A stretch of 64,000 bases of DNA from Dehalococcoidia bacterium (GCA_009692665.1 SHYT01000006.1:14224-78223), one strand, 5' to 3'; shown: positions 10,951-20,729, counted from the stretch's first letter. The notes: generated by a model from the letters alone, not told the origin. Translations and numbers: made by a program.

Positions 10951-11785
10951 ATGTTTATTCCAACGGCTCATGCTGCAAAGTTCATTCACCGCCGAACATT
11001 GTGGGTCCTAACCTTGCTCCTTGCTTCGTCGTGCATCGTTGCGTTTTCGCTGATGTCCTGCCGGTCAACAGGTGCGCCGTTGGTGAATAGCACGAAGCCG
11101 ACTCGATTACAAACGTACGTCGACCCCAGTAAGACTTGGCAGATTAGCTATCCGGACGAATGGTTGACCGATTTGGTCGGGTACTCCGGCTATTACATCC
11201 GGGTTGATTTCAAGCCCGTCGGACGGGACACCCCGCACATTTTCGTCCTCTGAGACCAAGTGCTGCCGAAGAGGTATGACAATGTTGAAGCATGGTTCAC
11301 CAAGCAACTTTCTGAACGGCGCCAGGCATCTCGCCAGGGTGATATCGGCGCGACCACTCTGGCTTGATGGCATGCAAGCCTTCGAAGTAGAAGTGGTGTC
11401 CGAGAGTACCCACGAAATTAATGTACTGGTATTTTCCAAAGATGACGGCTACCTCATTGGAGGATGGACTCGGATCTCTGCCTGGGAGCGAGACCGCGCA
11501 CTGCTAGACCAAGTAGTCCATTCCTTCCAACTCTTTGATCGCTCGATCTACCGGCCGCTAGATCCTCCGGCATTTGCAGATGGTACCACTATTGATGTGG
11601 CCAAACGCCGGCTTTCTCTAAGTTCCGTCGCTGTCTGCAGGCTTTACTCCGAGAGCTCCGCTGGGTGGACGGAAACGTACCAGGGTGGCGGTACGTGGAT
11701 CGTCACCAGTGGCAGCGGTCTCCAGTGGCGCGTGTATGAGAAGTCGGGAAAGGTGGAGGAAGTCGACGGTGGATCGTGTCCGTAA
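10951..11785 (+). pseudogene. hypothetical exported protein, apparently disrupted (in-frame TGA plus a frame change)
   Basis: ORF 10951-11253 has a signal-like N-terminus and ends at TGA 11251. The same frame then reads protein-like DQVLPKRYDNVEAWFTKQLSE... up to TGA 11365. The +1 frame carries on as LDGMQAFEVEVVSES... (ORF 11204-11785). This looks like one gene of about 275 aa broken twice. Confidence 0.4.
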
Positions 11786-11871
11786 AGGCTCCTCGCCTGC
11801 CTGCTGCCAACCTGGGACCCCTGTGTCACTGACGAAGACTATTTCCGCAAGGTCGCATTTGAAGCATAAGA

Positions 11872-11905
11872 ACCAGCCGCTGGGAGGGGGGTACCAGCGG
11901 CTGGT
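11872..11905. terminator. 12-bp perfect hairpin between convergent genes
   Basis: ACCAGCCGCTGG, a 10-nt loop, then CCAGCGGCTGGT. It lies between the 3' ends of the plus-strand ORF (ends 11785) and hup (ends 11975). There is no clear T tract. Confidence 0.45.
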
Positions 11906-11974
11906 GTATGCGCCGAACGCCTTTTGAGGATGTCTCCCTCAATCGACATTGGCCTCAATGTATCGCCGTGTCGC

Positions 11975-12286
11975 CTATGAGCGAGGGCGGCGGGAAGACC
12001 GGACGGCCGCGGACAGTTCCGCGCCAGAGGAGAAGCCCACACGGCGGTGTGCAGGGACTGTGATGGTCTTGCCGGCTGAGCCACCACGAATTGGGCGGAC
12101 TTTGCGCTCTTTGACTTCGCGCACTTCAAATGTGCCGAAGCCTGTCAGCACTATACGGTCGCCCTTGGCCAGCGATATCCGAAGCGTGTCCAGCACGGAG
12201 TTCAGCGCATCCTCGGCGGAGCTTCGGGTTCCATTGGACGCCTTTGCCACTGCTGCTACTAAATCGCTCTTTCGCAAGGTTCCCAT
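11975..12286 (-). CDS. hup: HU family DNA-binding protein
   Basis: 103 aa. N-terminal helix region (KSDLVAAVAKA...AEDALNSVLDTL) followed by the arm GDRIVLTGFGTFEVRE...VGFSSG typical of HU/IHF. The arm sequence is somewhat atypical. Confidence 0.8.
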   Translation of the reverse strand: MGTLRKSDLVAAVAKASNGTRSSAEDALNSVLDTLRISLAKGDRIVLTGFGTFEVREVKERKVRPIRGGSAGKTITVPAHRRVGFSSGAELSAAVRSSRRPRS

Positions 12287-12559
12287 ATGTGCTCATTACC
12301 TCCTTAAGCTTTTGCTTGTGCTGAATTGTGGGACTAAACAACGCCGCTGTCAAGGGGTTTTTCCGATTTTTTTAGGCAAATGTTTTCATTCGTTCCTGGG
12401 ATTAGTCCCGTCAGTACCCTAGAAAGAGCCCTCATCATTTTTTCAACTTATGTGAAAGCTTCATACAAATGCCGATAGCCACGCTGGAAACCCAGATACC
12501 CTGCTCCCGGATTCGCCTTGGAATGCCTTTTCACGTGGCCATGATCATGGAAACGCACA

Positions 12560-12593
12560 CATGCTTGAGCACCCTTGAAGGTGCTCAAGCATG
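12560..12593. other. 14-bp perfect hairpin in an otherwise unassigned 0.9-kb region
   Basis: CATGCTTGAGCACC, loop CTTGAA, then GGTGCTCAAGCATG, read directly. No T tract and no assignable gene context. Confidence 0.6.
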
Positions 12594-13187
12594 CTATCAG
12601 CACCGTAGCCAGCGCGTCCCGCCACCTCCAACTGCGCCCCAAAAATGCATGCTTCGCCAGGACAAACTTAATCGGACACCAACCACTTGCGGCTGCTGGC
12701 GCGCGGCGGTTAGATAAGAAGTGAATCACCGCAGCGGCAGACGTGGAGCCCGCAACGGCAACAGCTATCGGCCCCCTCCCCAGGAATGCGGACGTTACCG
12801 CAGCAACAGGAGTGCCGTCTATCACAGACATTCCCGCGTCCCGTGTGCCAACCACGTCAGCGGCGTCATCATCACGAAACGGGTGGCACAAACCACCAAC
12901 AAGCTCGAAGACAAAAACGTAGGTAATCGTGGATAAATGTTGACAATTGCTGGTGAGTTTTGCCTGAAAAGTAGGTGGGAGAACTGGTTGGAAGCTGGCA
13001 GGAATGGTGGCAGCAGACTGGGCGCCATGGACCCTGCATCGGAGATTTTTGGACAAAGACGGTATCCGTCACTGGCCACGGGTCGCCTTGGGCGTTACAC
13101 AAACCCGGCCGCGGGTTCCGTATACTCTAAACACTGTAGAAACGGCACTGGCGCGCAACGTGACTACGAAGAAGAGACGAGGGCAAC

Positions 13188-14597
13188 ATGCCAAACTCAG
13201 TCCTGACCCCACAGGCATCGGACTTTCCCCAGTGGTACCAGGACATCCTCAATAAAGCGGAATTAGCCGATAACGGCCCTGTCCGCGGCACCATGGTCAT
13301 CCGCCCGTACGGATACTCCCTTTGGGAGCACGTCCAGGCTGAAATTGATGCGCGCATCAAGGCCGCCGGCGCTCAGAACGTCTACCTGCCTCTTTTTATT
13401 CCAGAGAGCTACCTTCGCAAAGAGGCCGAGCACGTGAAGGGCTTTAGCCCAGAGTTGGCCGTCGTCACTCACGCAGGCGGCAAGCAGCTTGAGGAGCCCG
13501 TGGTGGTGCGCCCCACCAGCGAGACGCTCTTTGGCGAGGTCATGGCCAACTGGATCCAGAGCTATCGCGACCTTCCGCTGCTGCTCAACCAGTGGGCAAA
13601 CGTCGTCCGCTGGGAGCTGCGGCCGCGCATGTTCCTCCGCACTACGGAGTTCCTCTGGCAAGAGGGCCACACCGCGCACGCCACGCAAGAGGACGCCGCG
13701 CAGTATGCACGCAAAATACTCCATGAGGTCTACCAAGACTTCTTCAACAACGTGCTCGCACTGCCGGTCCTCATTGGCCGCAAGACCCGCAAAGAGCGCT
13801 TCGCCGGCGCTGCCAACACCATGGCTTGCGAAGGCATGATGCGCGATGGCAAGGCGCTGCAGATGGCCACCAGCCACGAGCTTGGCCAGACCTTCGCCAA
13901 GGCGTTCAACATCGATTTTACGGACGTCGCCGGCAAGGTGCAGCTCGCCTGGACCACGTCCTGGGGCAGCTCCACGCGGATCCTGGGCGGCCTCATCATG
14001 GCCCACGGCGACGACAATGGCCTTCGTATTCCGCCTCGCCTCGCGCCTATCCAGGTGGTTGTCCTGGTCGTCCGCGACGAGCAGGGCGTCGGCGACCGCG
14101 CCCGCGCGCTCATCAGCGAGATGAAGGCCGCCGGCATCCGCACGCAGCTTGACACGGACGTGAGCAGCAGCTTTGGCCGTCGCGCCACTAACTGGGAGCT
14201 AAAGGGCATCCCCATTCGCATCGAGCTTGGCCCTCGCGACCTCGCCGCCGGCAACGCCACCGTTGTCCGCCGTGACACCGCCGCCAAGTCCGCCATCCCG
14301 CTGCAGGGGGTCGTGGCAGCCATCGCCCGCATGCTGGAGGAGATCCAGGCTAACCTCCTCGCTGAAGCCACCGCCACACAAAAGAAACACCTTACCGACG
14401 TGAAGACGATTGATCAGGCCCGTGACGCCGCACAGGAAGGCTTTGCGCGACTGCCCTGGTTAGTGCTCGGCGAAGCCGGAGAGGCGGAGCTGGCGCAAGG
14501 CGGCATCACCGTCCGCTGCCTCCAGCGCCCAGACGGCGCCATTAGCAAAAGTGAGGACGACCCTGAACTGCTGGCAATTGTGGCCAAGGCGTATTAA
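13188..14597 (+). CDS. proS: proline--tRNA ligase (archaeal/eukaryote-like type without the insertion editing domain)
   Basis: 469 aa. N-terminal FPQWYQDILNKAEL, the class II motifs (VRPTSETLF, FLWQEGHTAH) and the C-terminal zinc-binding-like domain are typical of the short ProRS type. Confidence 0.95.
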   Translation: MPNSVLTPQASDFPQWYQDILNKAELADNGPVRGTMVIRPYGYSLWEHVQAEIDARIKAAGAQNVYLPLFIPESYLRKEAEHVKGFSPELAVVTHAGGKQLEEPVVVRPTSETLFGEVMANWIQSYRDLPLLLNQWANVVRWELRPRMFLRTTEFLWQEGHTAHATQEDAAQYARKILHEVYQDFFNNVLALPVLIGRKTRKERFAGAANTMACEGMMRDGKALQMATSHELGQTFAKAFNIDFTDVAGKVQLAWTTSWGSSTRILGGLIMAHGDDNGLRIPPRLAPIQVVVLVVRDEQGVGDRARALISEMKAAGIRTQLDTDVSSSFGRRATNWELKGIPIRIELGPRDLAAGNATVVRRDTAAKSAIPLQGVVAAIARMLEEIQANLLAEATATQKKHLTDVKTIDQARDAAQEGFARLPWLVLGEAGEAELAQGGITVRCLQRPDGAISKSEDDPELLAIVAKAY

Positions 14598-14637
14598 CAA
14601 GTCGAGGCAATAATATCGGGTTAGCGGGAGCAATTCC

Positions 14638-14991
14638 GTGCTGATGCACTACTTGATTATCGCCTTGTTCATCTGCGCTTACGCTTTAGGGCCTTCGTTG
14701 TGGATCTTTGCGCGGTGGTTGCATCTCGGTTCCTCGCAGACCGCAGTTCTGGCTGCCGCAGGGACAATCATTAGTTTAGTAAGCCTGCCTGTAATGGTAA
14801 TCGTCGACCCAGACCTTCTCGAATTCAACCAAGCGTGGGGAATTTCACTGATCCTTACCGCGATGGCAAGCGGTGGACTCATAAGCTGTATTGGCGCATT
14901 CTCCCAACACTTCCCACGTTGGGCTACGGCGATTTTGGCTATTCGGCCTCGTAAATGTGATAGCTGCCATTACCCTTATTTGGTCCATTGA
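14638..14991 (+). CDS. hypothetical membrane protein
   Basis: 117-aa ORF with 3-4 hydrophobic segments. GTG start with GGGAG 8 nt upstream. No family recognised. Confidence 0.4.
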   Translation: MLMHYLIIALFICAYALGPSLWIFARWLHLGSSQTAVLAAAGTIISLVSLPVMVIVDPDLLEFNQAWGISLILTAMASGGLISCIGAFSQHFPRWATAILAIRPRKCDSCHYPYLVH

Positions 14992-15087
14992 TTGGCATGC
15001 GTGTGTTGACGCATACTTCGGGCCTTGCTAAGCTTAGATATGCCGTCTACAAGGGCGGCGCCGTTTTGCGGAGGTCTACCAAACCTA

Positions 15088-15462
15088 ATGCCCGTCTACG
15101 AATATCAGTGCACAGAATGCGGCAACCAGTTTGAGTTGCGCCAGAGCTTCTCCGCCAGCACTGAAACAACATGCCCTGTCTGCGGCAAGGTTTCCAAGCG
15201 CCGCATCTCTCCCGTGCCCGTCATCTTTAAGGGTTCCGGCTGGTACGTAACTGACTACGCCCAGAAGAGCCCCACGGTCTCTAAGCCCGCGGAGAAGGAT
15301 GAAGCCAAGACTCCCCCGAAGAGCTCTGACGATGCAAAGTCGGCCCCCGCTGCGTCAACAGCCTCGCCGTCCAAATCTGACGCCGCAAAGTCCGACACCA
15401 AGGCGTCAACGCCTGCAAAGGCCTCATCTAGCCCAGCTCCAGCGAACCAAAAGAAGGACTAG
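15088..15462 (+). CDS. FmdB-family zinc-ribbon protein with a low-complexity tail
   Basis: Begins MPVYEYQCTECGNQFE...CPVCG, the CxxC..CxxC zinc-ribbon signature. GGAGG lies 13 nt upstream of ATG 15088. The C-terminus is rich in Ser/Ala/Lys/Pro. Confidence 0.8.
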   Translation: MPVYEYQCTECGNQFELRQSFSASTETTCPVCGKVSKRRISPVPVIFKGSGWYVTDYAQKSPTVSKPAEKDEAKTPPKSSDDAKSAPAASTASPSKSDAAKSDTKASTPAKASSSPAPANQKKD

Positions 15463-15466
15463 CTCC

Positions 15467-15931
15467 GTGCGCGCGCTGATACAGCGCGTCACCCGCGCGT
15501 CCGTCACCGTGAACGGGGCCCCCATCGGCGCCATCAACCGTGGCCTGCTCGTGCTCTTGGCCGTCGGTCAGGGCGACACGGAGGAGGATGCCCGCTACAT
15601 TGTGGACAAGACCGTCAACTTGCGCATCTTTCCGGTCGCAGAAGACCGCTTTGACCGCTCTGTCTTAGATGAGCACTTAGATGTGCTCGTCGTGAGCCAG
15701 TTCACCCTCTACGCAGACACGCGCCATGGCCGCCGTCCGGGCTTCTCCAACGCGGCCCCGCCAGACCAGGCACGCACGATGTTCGACCACACCGTAGATC
15801 TCTTTCAGCAAACTGGCCTTTTGGTGGCAACGGGCCAGTTCGCAGAGCACATGCTCATAAACCTCGTTAATGATGGGCCGGTCACTATCTGGCTGGATTC
15901 CACGGAGCGGCACACACCACGAAACAGGTAA
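15467..15931 (+). CDS. dtd: D-aminoacyl-tRNA deacylase
   Basis: GTG 15467 with AAGAAGGA upstream. VRALIQRVTRASVTV...LLVLLAVGQGD...VSQFTLYADT..GRRPGF are Dtd hallmarks. The upstream part of the track ORF (from 15299) overlaps the previous gene. Confidence 0.9.
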   Translation: MRALIQRVTRASVTVNGAPIGAINRGLLVLLAVGQGDTEEDARYIVDKTVNLRIFPVAEDRFDRSVLDEHLDVLVVSQFTLYADTRHGRRPGFSNAAPPDQARTMFDHTVDLFQQTGLLVATGQFAEHMLINLVNDGPVTIWLDSTERHTPRNR

Positions 15932-15962
15932 GATGGATGGCGTGGTTCCAGGAGAAGGCGCA

Positions 15963-16352
15963 ATGAATGAAGCCGCAGTACAGGCGCTCAGGAAAGACCG
16001 CCTGATTGACATCACCACCATCGGGCGGAAGTCCGGCAAACCTCATCGCAAAGAGTTCGGCTTTTTTATCAGAGATGGCAAGCTCTACCTAACCGGCAGG
16101 CCGGGCAAGCGCTCCTGGTATGCCAACCTTCTCGCCAACCCCAACTTCACGCTCCATCTAAAGCAAAGCGCAACCATGGACCTGCCGGCCGTTGCAACGC
16201 CCATCCGCGATCCTCAAGTGCGCCGCGCCTGGTTCACCCAGTTTGGTGAAAGGTGGCCGCGCCAAGGCCCTCCGTTCAAACTGGACGAGTGGGTTGCTGG
16301 CAGCCCGCTGGTTGAGGTCACTATTCAGGGTGTGACGGACAGCCTGGAATAG
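15963..16352 (+). CDS. deazaflavin (F420H2)-dependent nitroreductase/quinone reductase family protein
   Basis: ITTIGRKSGKPHRKE...SWYANLLANPNF matches the family motif (GRKSG...WY.NL.ANP). The start is ATG 15963 (GGAGAAGG upstream) or ATG 15933. Confidence 0.7.
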   Translation: MNEAAVQALRKDRLIDITTIGRKSGKPHRKEFGFFIRDGKLYLTGRPGKRSWYANLLANPNFTLHLKQSATMDLPAVATPIRDPQVRRAWFTQFGERWPRQGPPFKLDEWVAGSPLVEVTIQGVTDSLE

Positions 16353-16353
16353 T

Positions 16354-17514
16354 GTGCCCAAAATGAGAGCGACCATTCTGTCCATGGCGGCAGTAGCAAT
16401 CTTGCTGCTGGCGGTAAGCTGCACGCCGAGCAGCCCTATAGTGCCTTCCGCTGCCAGCGATAGCATCAGCACACTCCCGTTTCCTGTCAGCGGCTGGAAG
16501 ACCAACTTCCAGAAGCATTCGGCCCCCTACAAGGAGTTCTTAAGCGGCGGCCCCGCCAAAAACGGCATCCCGGCGATAGAAACCCCTATATTTGTCAGCG
16601 TGCAGGAAGCTGGCGCGTGGCTTGCTGACCGCGAGCCTGTCCAGGTGGTGAACGTCGCGGGGGACGTACGGGCATACCCGCAGCAAATCCTGATCTGGCA
16701 CCAAATCGTCAATGACACTGTGGGTAGCCAACCCGTTCTTATCACATTCAGCCCCATCAGCAGCACGACGTCCGCGTTCAAGCGAACCATAGACGACCAA
16801 GTGCTTGTCTTCGGGACCGCAGGAGTCACCCGCAAGTCTAACATCGTGCTGTTTGACCAGCAGACTGAGTCCTGGTGGCAAGAGTTTGGTGGCGAGGCTA
16901 TTGTGGGCAATCTGACCGGCAAACAATTGGAAGCCTTACCAATGCAGATCGTCTCCTGGCGGCAGTTCAAGACCGCGTTCCCTGACGGAAAAGTGCTCTC
17001 TCGTCAGACCGGTTTTGCCCGGCCGTACGGCCAGACACCCTACGTCCTCTACGACACTGAGGGTACCCCCCAGGGATGGGACGGGACCTATGACCGCCGC
17101 GTCATCCCAATCCAAGAGCGCGTGCTTGGCATCCACATCGGCCAAACGGCAATGGCGATCCCTTATCCCAAGCTGGCAACTAAGCCTGTTATCCAGATAT
17201 CTTTGGGGGGCGTAGAACTCGTCGCTTTCCACCAAAAGGGCATGGCCTCACCGCTCGATAGCCGCACCATTAGCGACGGGCGTGACATCGGCTCAACTGG
17301 CGTCTTTGAGCGAACCCTCCAGGGCAAGCTCCTCTCGTTCCATTGGGAGGACGCCAGCTTCGTGGATGAGGAGACAAACAGCACCTGGAACATCTTTGGC
17401 CATGCACTAAGCGGCCCCCTTGCCGGGCAACAACTCGCTCCGGCACAACATCAGGGCGTCCTGTGGTTCGTCTGGTCACCATTCATGCCGCAAACTGCCG
17501 TCTACGGCAAGTAG
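16354..17514 (+). CDS. DUF3179 domain-containing (lipo)protein
   Basis: 386 aa. Signal peptide with LLLAVSC. The core GIPAIETPIF...VRAYPQQILIWHQIVND...LVFGTAG...LFDQQTESWW is typical of DUF3179. Confidence 0.8.
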   Translation: MPKMRATILSMAAVAILLLAVSCTPSSPIVPSAASDSISTLPFPVSGWKTNFQKHSAPYKEFLSGGPAKNGIPAIETPIFVSVQEAGAWLADREPVQVVNVAGDVRAYPQQILIWHQIVNDTVGSQPVLITFSPISSTTSAFKRTIDDQVLVFGTAGVTRKSNIVLFDQQTESWWQEFGGEAIVGNLTGKQLEALPMQIVSWRQFKTAFPDGKVLSRQTGFARPYGQTPYVLYDTEGTPQGWDGTYDRRVIPIQERVLGIHIGQTAMAIPYPKLATKPVIQISLGGVELVAFHQKGMASPLDSRTISDGRDIGSTGVFERTLQGKLLSFHWEDASFVDEETNSTWNIFGHALSGPLAGQQLAPAQHQGVLWFVWSPFMPQTAVYGK

Positions 17515-17625
17515 TACACATGTACGAACTAGCCAAAGCATCTCACTCTTAGAAGTCGGATGCCCAAGCCCCCGTTGCTTTCCTTGGAGGTTGCCAAAAG
17601 TGGCTCAATCTGGGAGGATAACTAT

Positions 17626-18516
17626 ATGAAAATTGGTGCGTTCGTTCTCCAAGACCCTCTTCCAGAGCTACGAGAACCGCATGCAGTCTCCATGCTCCAT
17701 CCCTGGGTGGACGCGGGCAATGTGGGTACCCTAGCCCTCGCGCGCATGGAGCACCATTTAGGCGCCCAAGAGATTGGTAAGCTGGAGCATCCCGGCGTTT
17801 TCTTCGACTTCACCCGCTACCGCCCTACAACCAAGAATGTGGACGGTAAGCGCGTGTTCACCATACCCAATACAACCATATACGCCGCCCGAAGGGAGAC
17901 CCCTCCTGACTTGCTCTTGGTGCATGTCATGGAGCCTCATACCTTCGCAGAGGACTATATTGCGTCCCTCGTTGAGCTGTTCAAGACGCTGGGCGTCAAA
18001 CGGCACACACGCGTCGGCGGCATGTGGGATGCTGTCCCCCACACCCGGCCGTTGCTGGTCACCGGCACCATCGACAATAAGCCCGTCGACGTTAAGGGCG
18101 TGACCTCCCGCCGCTGGGGCCAATATGAGGGCCCAACAACCATCATGGGCCTTCTGAACGACGAGTTGGCGAAGTTCGGCGTCGAGAATGGCAACCTGAT
18201 GGTTCATTTACCGCAATATCTCCAGCTTGAAGAAGACTTCACTGGCTCCGCGCGCTTACTGGAAGTGCTGGCGCAGTTGTACAAACTGCCGCAGGACCTG
18301 CCGGACACCGAGCACGGCCGCCAGCAGTACCAGGAGCTCAGCGCAGAAGTGGAGCGCAGCCCTGAGGCCAAGCGGCTTGTTCGGCGGCTGGAAGCCCACT
18401 ACGACACACGAGCAGCTAATCAGCAGCACCAGCAGCAGGCGGACAACACCCCACCGCTTGCCCCGGATATTCAGCGCTTTCTGCAGGATCTGGGCAAGCG
18501 GCTGGATGAGCCCTAG
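17626..18516 (+). CDS. PAC2 (proteasome assembly chaperone 2-like) family protein
   Basis: ATG 17626 with GGGAGGA upstream. L.EP..V.ML.PWVDAGNVGTLA and overall length match PAC2-family proteins as I recall them. Confidence 0.7.
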   Translation: MKIGAFVLQDPLPELREPHAVSMLHPWVDAGNVGTLALARMEHHLGAQEIGKLEHPGVFFDFTRYRPTTKNVDGKRVFTIPNTTIYAARRETPPDLLLVHVMEPHTFAEDYIASLVELFKTLGVKRHTRVGGMWDAVPHTRPLLVTGTIDNKPVDVKGVTSRRWGQYEGPTTIMGLLNDELAKFGVENGNLMVHLPQYLQLEEDFTGSARLLEVLAQLYKLPQDLPDTEHGRQQYQELSAEVERSPEAKRLVRRLEAHYDTRAANQQHQQQADNTPPLAPDIQRFLQDLGKRLDEP

Positions 18517-18537
18517 CCCACCAATAGCCAGAATCAC

Positions 18538-18569
18538 GAAACGCTCGACTGGACGGAGTCGAGCGTTTC
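18538..18569. terminator. 13-bp perfect hairpin between convergent genes
   Basis: GAAACGCTCGACT, loop GGACGG, then AGTCGAGCGTTTC. It lies between the 3' ends of the PAC2 gene (+) and the PD40 gene (-). Confidence 0.5.
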
Positions 18570-18662
18570 TGCGCGCAATGAGGGAGACCCTTCCGGCTCA
18601 TTCAGGCAATAATAGGAAAATACTGTCGTCAGGGAAGCAGGCGCGGGTTGCCCACAGGAGAC

Positions 18663-19832
18663 TTAGCGCGGCGACCAGAACGCCATCGACCCCTCTGCAA
18701 TCGGCTTGGGCGGCTCTTTGCCGGACACATCAATGACAAAAACCGATGGCGTGCTCCCCTGTATGCTGCCGCGGAACGTGCCAGGCACCACGAGAGCACT
18801 GCTGTCCGGTGACCAGATGCGATGTGAACCAGCGTACTGGTCAAAGTACGGTAACATGGTCAGAAATCCCCAGGCCGGAGCCATTTCCAGCCGCAAGGTC
18901 TCCCGCTGCTGCGATAAGTTCAGCACAATAAGCGATAACGTGGTGTCGGTCGTCCCAAGCGTCACGTACGCCAGCTTACGCCCGTCCGGCGACCAGAAGA
19001 AGGCAAGCACTCTCTCCTGAGTAATCTCCACATGTGTCCCGTCCAGCCGCACCAGCTTCATACCTGGAAAGAACGGCGCAGCGTTATCCTGGCCGTCTCC
19101 TAGCGCCAGCACACCGCCTGCAGGCGACCATGTGACCACGGCTAGAGACCGCACATCAATGAGCCTGCGCGGCTCCTTGCCCTGGCGGTTAGCGACGTAT
19201 AGCGCGGTCGGCTCCCCGTCCTGCTCCGCAATATACGCCATCGCGCCCCCGTCCGGTGACCAACAGGTCACGCGGTGGGCAGCGGACGATACGCCAAGTG
19301 CAGCAGGTGGGACTCGGCCTTCCACATCAAACAAGTACTGTTGCCGCCCGATATGGAGCAGCAGCGCGGATCTATCTGGCGCCCACGCGAAGTACAAAGG
19401 AGCGCCAATAACTGCCGCAGTCGCAGCAATGCCCTTGCTCGGAGACGCCACATGCAGCGCAAGCCCGCGTTCCGTTCCGACAAGAAAGGAAATGAACGTC
19501 CCATCCGCTGACCACTGCGCGTAATGCGGGATTCGCGGGCCAATCTCCGGCACGCCTGCAGGGTTCACGTACAGCGATGTAATCTCGCCCGTTGGCAGCG
19601 TTACCATCCGCAACGCTAGCTGGTTGCCCCCGTCAATGGTCGCAGTGGCGCGCGAATACGCTATGCGGTTCGCGTCCGGTGACCAGACAGGCCACGCCTC
19701 GCGGCCCGGCGCGTGGTGCCCATTGCCCACAGCCGAAAACCCGTCGGGCGATAGCAGTCTCCCGCCAGTCCCGTCTGGGTTGCAGATGTACAACTGCCTG
19801 TCCGTCCCACGGTACGCAATACGGCCTTCCAC
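18663..19832 (-). CDS. PD40/TolB-like beta-propeller repeat protein
   Basis: 389 aa with repeated WSPDG/WSPD..IAY motifs typical of WD40-like (PD40) propeller blades. No obvious signal peptide. Confidence 0.7.
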   Translation of the reverse strand: MEGRIAYRGTDRQLYICNPDGTGGRLLSPDGFSAVGNGHHAPGREAWPVWSPDANRIAYSRATATIDGGNQLALRMVTLPTGEITSLYVNPAGVPEIGPRIPHYAQWSADGTFISFLVGTERGLALHVASPSKGIAATAAVIGAPLYFAWAPDRSALLLHIGRQQYLFDVEGRVPPAALGVSSAAHRVTCWSPDGGAMAYIAEQDGEPTALYVANRQGKEPRRLIDVRSLAVVTWSPAGGVLALGDGQDNAAPFFPGMKLVRLDGTHVEITQERVLAFFWSPDGRKLAYVTLGTTDTTLSLIVLNLSQQRETLRLEMAPAWGFLTMLPYFDQYAGSHRIWSPDSSALVVPGTFRGSIQGSTPSVFVIDVSGKEPPKPIAEGSMAFWSPR

Positions 19833-19850
19833 ATCCGTCCCTTACAAAAG

Positions 19851-20717
19851 CTAGCCGCGCTTGGCCAGCTCCACATCCATGCTAACGTCCAAAGACTTTA
19901 CAGAGTGCGTGAGCGCGCCCACGGAAATGAGATGCACGCCCGTCTCGGCCACGGCGCGTATAGTATCCAACGTAATGCCACCGGACGCCTCAATAATAGC
20001 CTTGCCCCGCACCATCTGCACGGCTTCACGCATCATCGGTACTGGCATGTTGTCCAGCATAATGATCTGCGCGCCCGCCTCCAGTGCCAGCCGCAGCTCG
20101 TCCAGGGATGTCACCTCAACCTCAACCTTAATGGTATGTGAGGCGTTCCGTACCGCTTGCTGAATAATCTCCTTGAACGTCTTTCCTTGCGCGCGCAGCA
20201 CAGCCAGATGGTTATCCTTGATGAGAATCCCATCGCCCAGGTTCTTGCGATGGTTCCCGCCGCCGCCAACATGCACGGCATACTTCTGCAGTGAGCGGAT
20301 GCCCGGGATAGTCTTGCGTGTGTCTACAATCCGCACCGGCAAGTCCTTCACACGCTCTGCGTACTTGGCCGTCTCTGTAGCAATTCCACTGAGGTGCTGC
20401 AGGATGTTCACTGCTGTGCGCTCACCGCTCAGCATGGACGCCGCCGAGCCCTGCAGGCGGATGATCGTCGAACCGCGCTCCAGCCTATCGCCATCGGAGA
20501 GAACGGCCTCCACCTGCAACGCTGGGTCCACACGCTTGAACACCTGTATCGCAACCGGGACGCCGCATAGAACACCCGGGCTCTTCGCAAACAGCTTGCC
20601 CTCGCCCGGCACGTCCGGCGGAATGAGCGCTTCCGTCGTCGCGTCACCCAGCGAAAGGTCTTCCATCAGCGCCCGGTCGATGAGTGCTTCTATGTCTGAC
20701 TTCAACGGGAGCATCAT
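19851..20717 (-). CDS. nadC: nicotinate-nucleotide diphosphorylase (carboxylating)
   Basis: 288 aa. Contains ILDTRKT.PG.R-like VDTRKTIPGIRSLQKYAVHVGGGGNHR and MLDNM motifs. Confidence 0.95.
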   Translation of the reverse strand: MMLPLKSDIEALIDRALMEDLSLGDATTEALIPPDVPGEGKLFAKSPGVLCGVPVAIQVFKRVDPALQVEAVLSDGDRLERGSTIIRLQGSAASMLSGERTAVNILQHLSGIATETAKYAERVKDLPVRIVDTRKTIPGIRSLQKYAVHVGGGGNHRKNLGDGILIKDNHLAVLRAQGKTFKEIIQQAVRNASHTIKVEVEVTSLDELRLALEAGAQIIMLDNMPVPMMREAVQMVRGKAIIEASGGITLDTIRAVAETGVHLISVGALTHSVKSLDVSMDVELAKRG

Positions 20718-20729
20718 GTCCTCCTGTAC

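Noticed and set aside
11251-11253. TGA read as selenocysteine or another recoding event in the exported-protein gene
   Set aside because: I saw no SECIS-like hairpin immediately downstream. TGA terminates many neighbouring genes normally, and the same gene also has a frame change, which favours decay or sequence error.
12448-13056. 202-aa minus-strand ORF as a real gene
   Set aside because: Not listed as a feature. No SD or family match was recognised, codon usage is atypical, and the ORF contains a 14-bp perfect DNA hairpin. It is kept only as part of a finding.
12937-13187. T-box leader upstream of proS
   Set aside because: The spacer length of about 240 nt is compatible. However, I could not find the conserved T-box sequence (..GGGTGGTACCGCG..), a specifier-loop context or a terminator hairpin with a T tract. 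The only GGTGG-containing stretch (AATGGTGGCAGCAG) diverges from the consensus.
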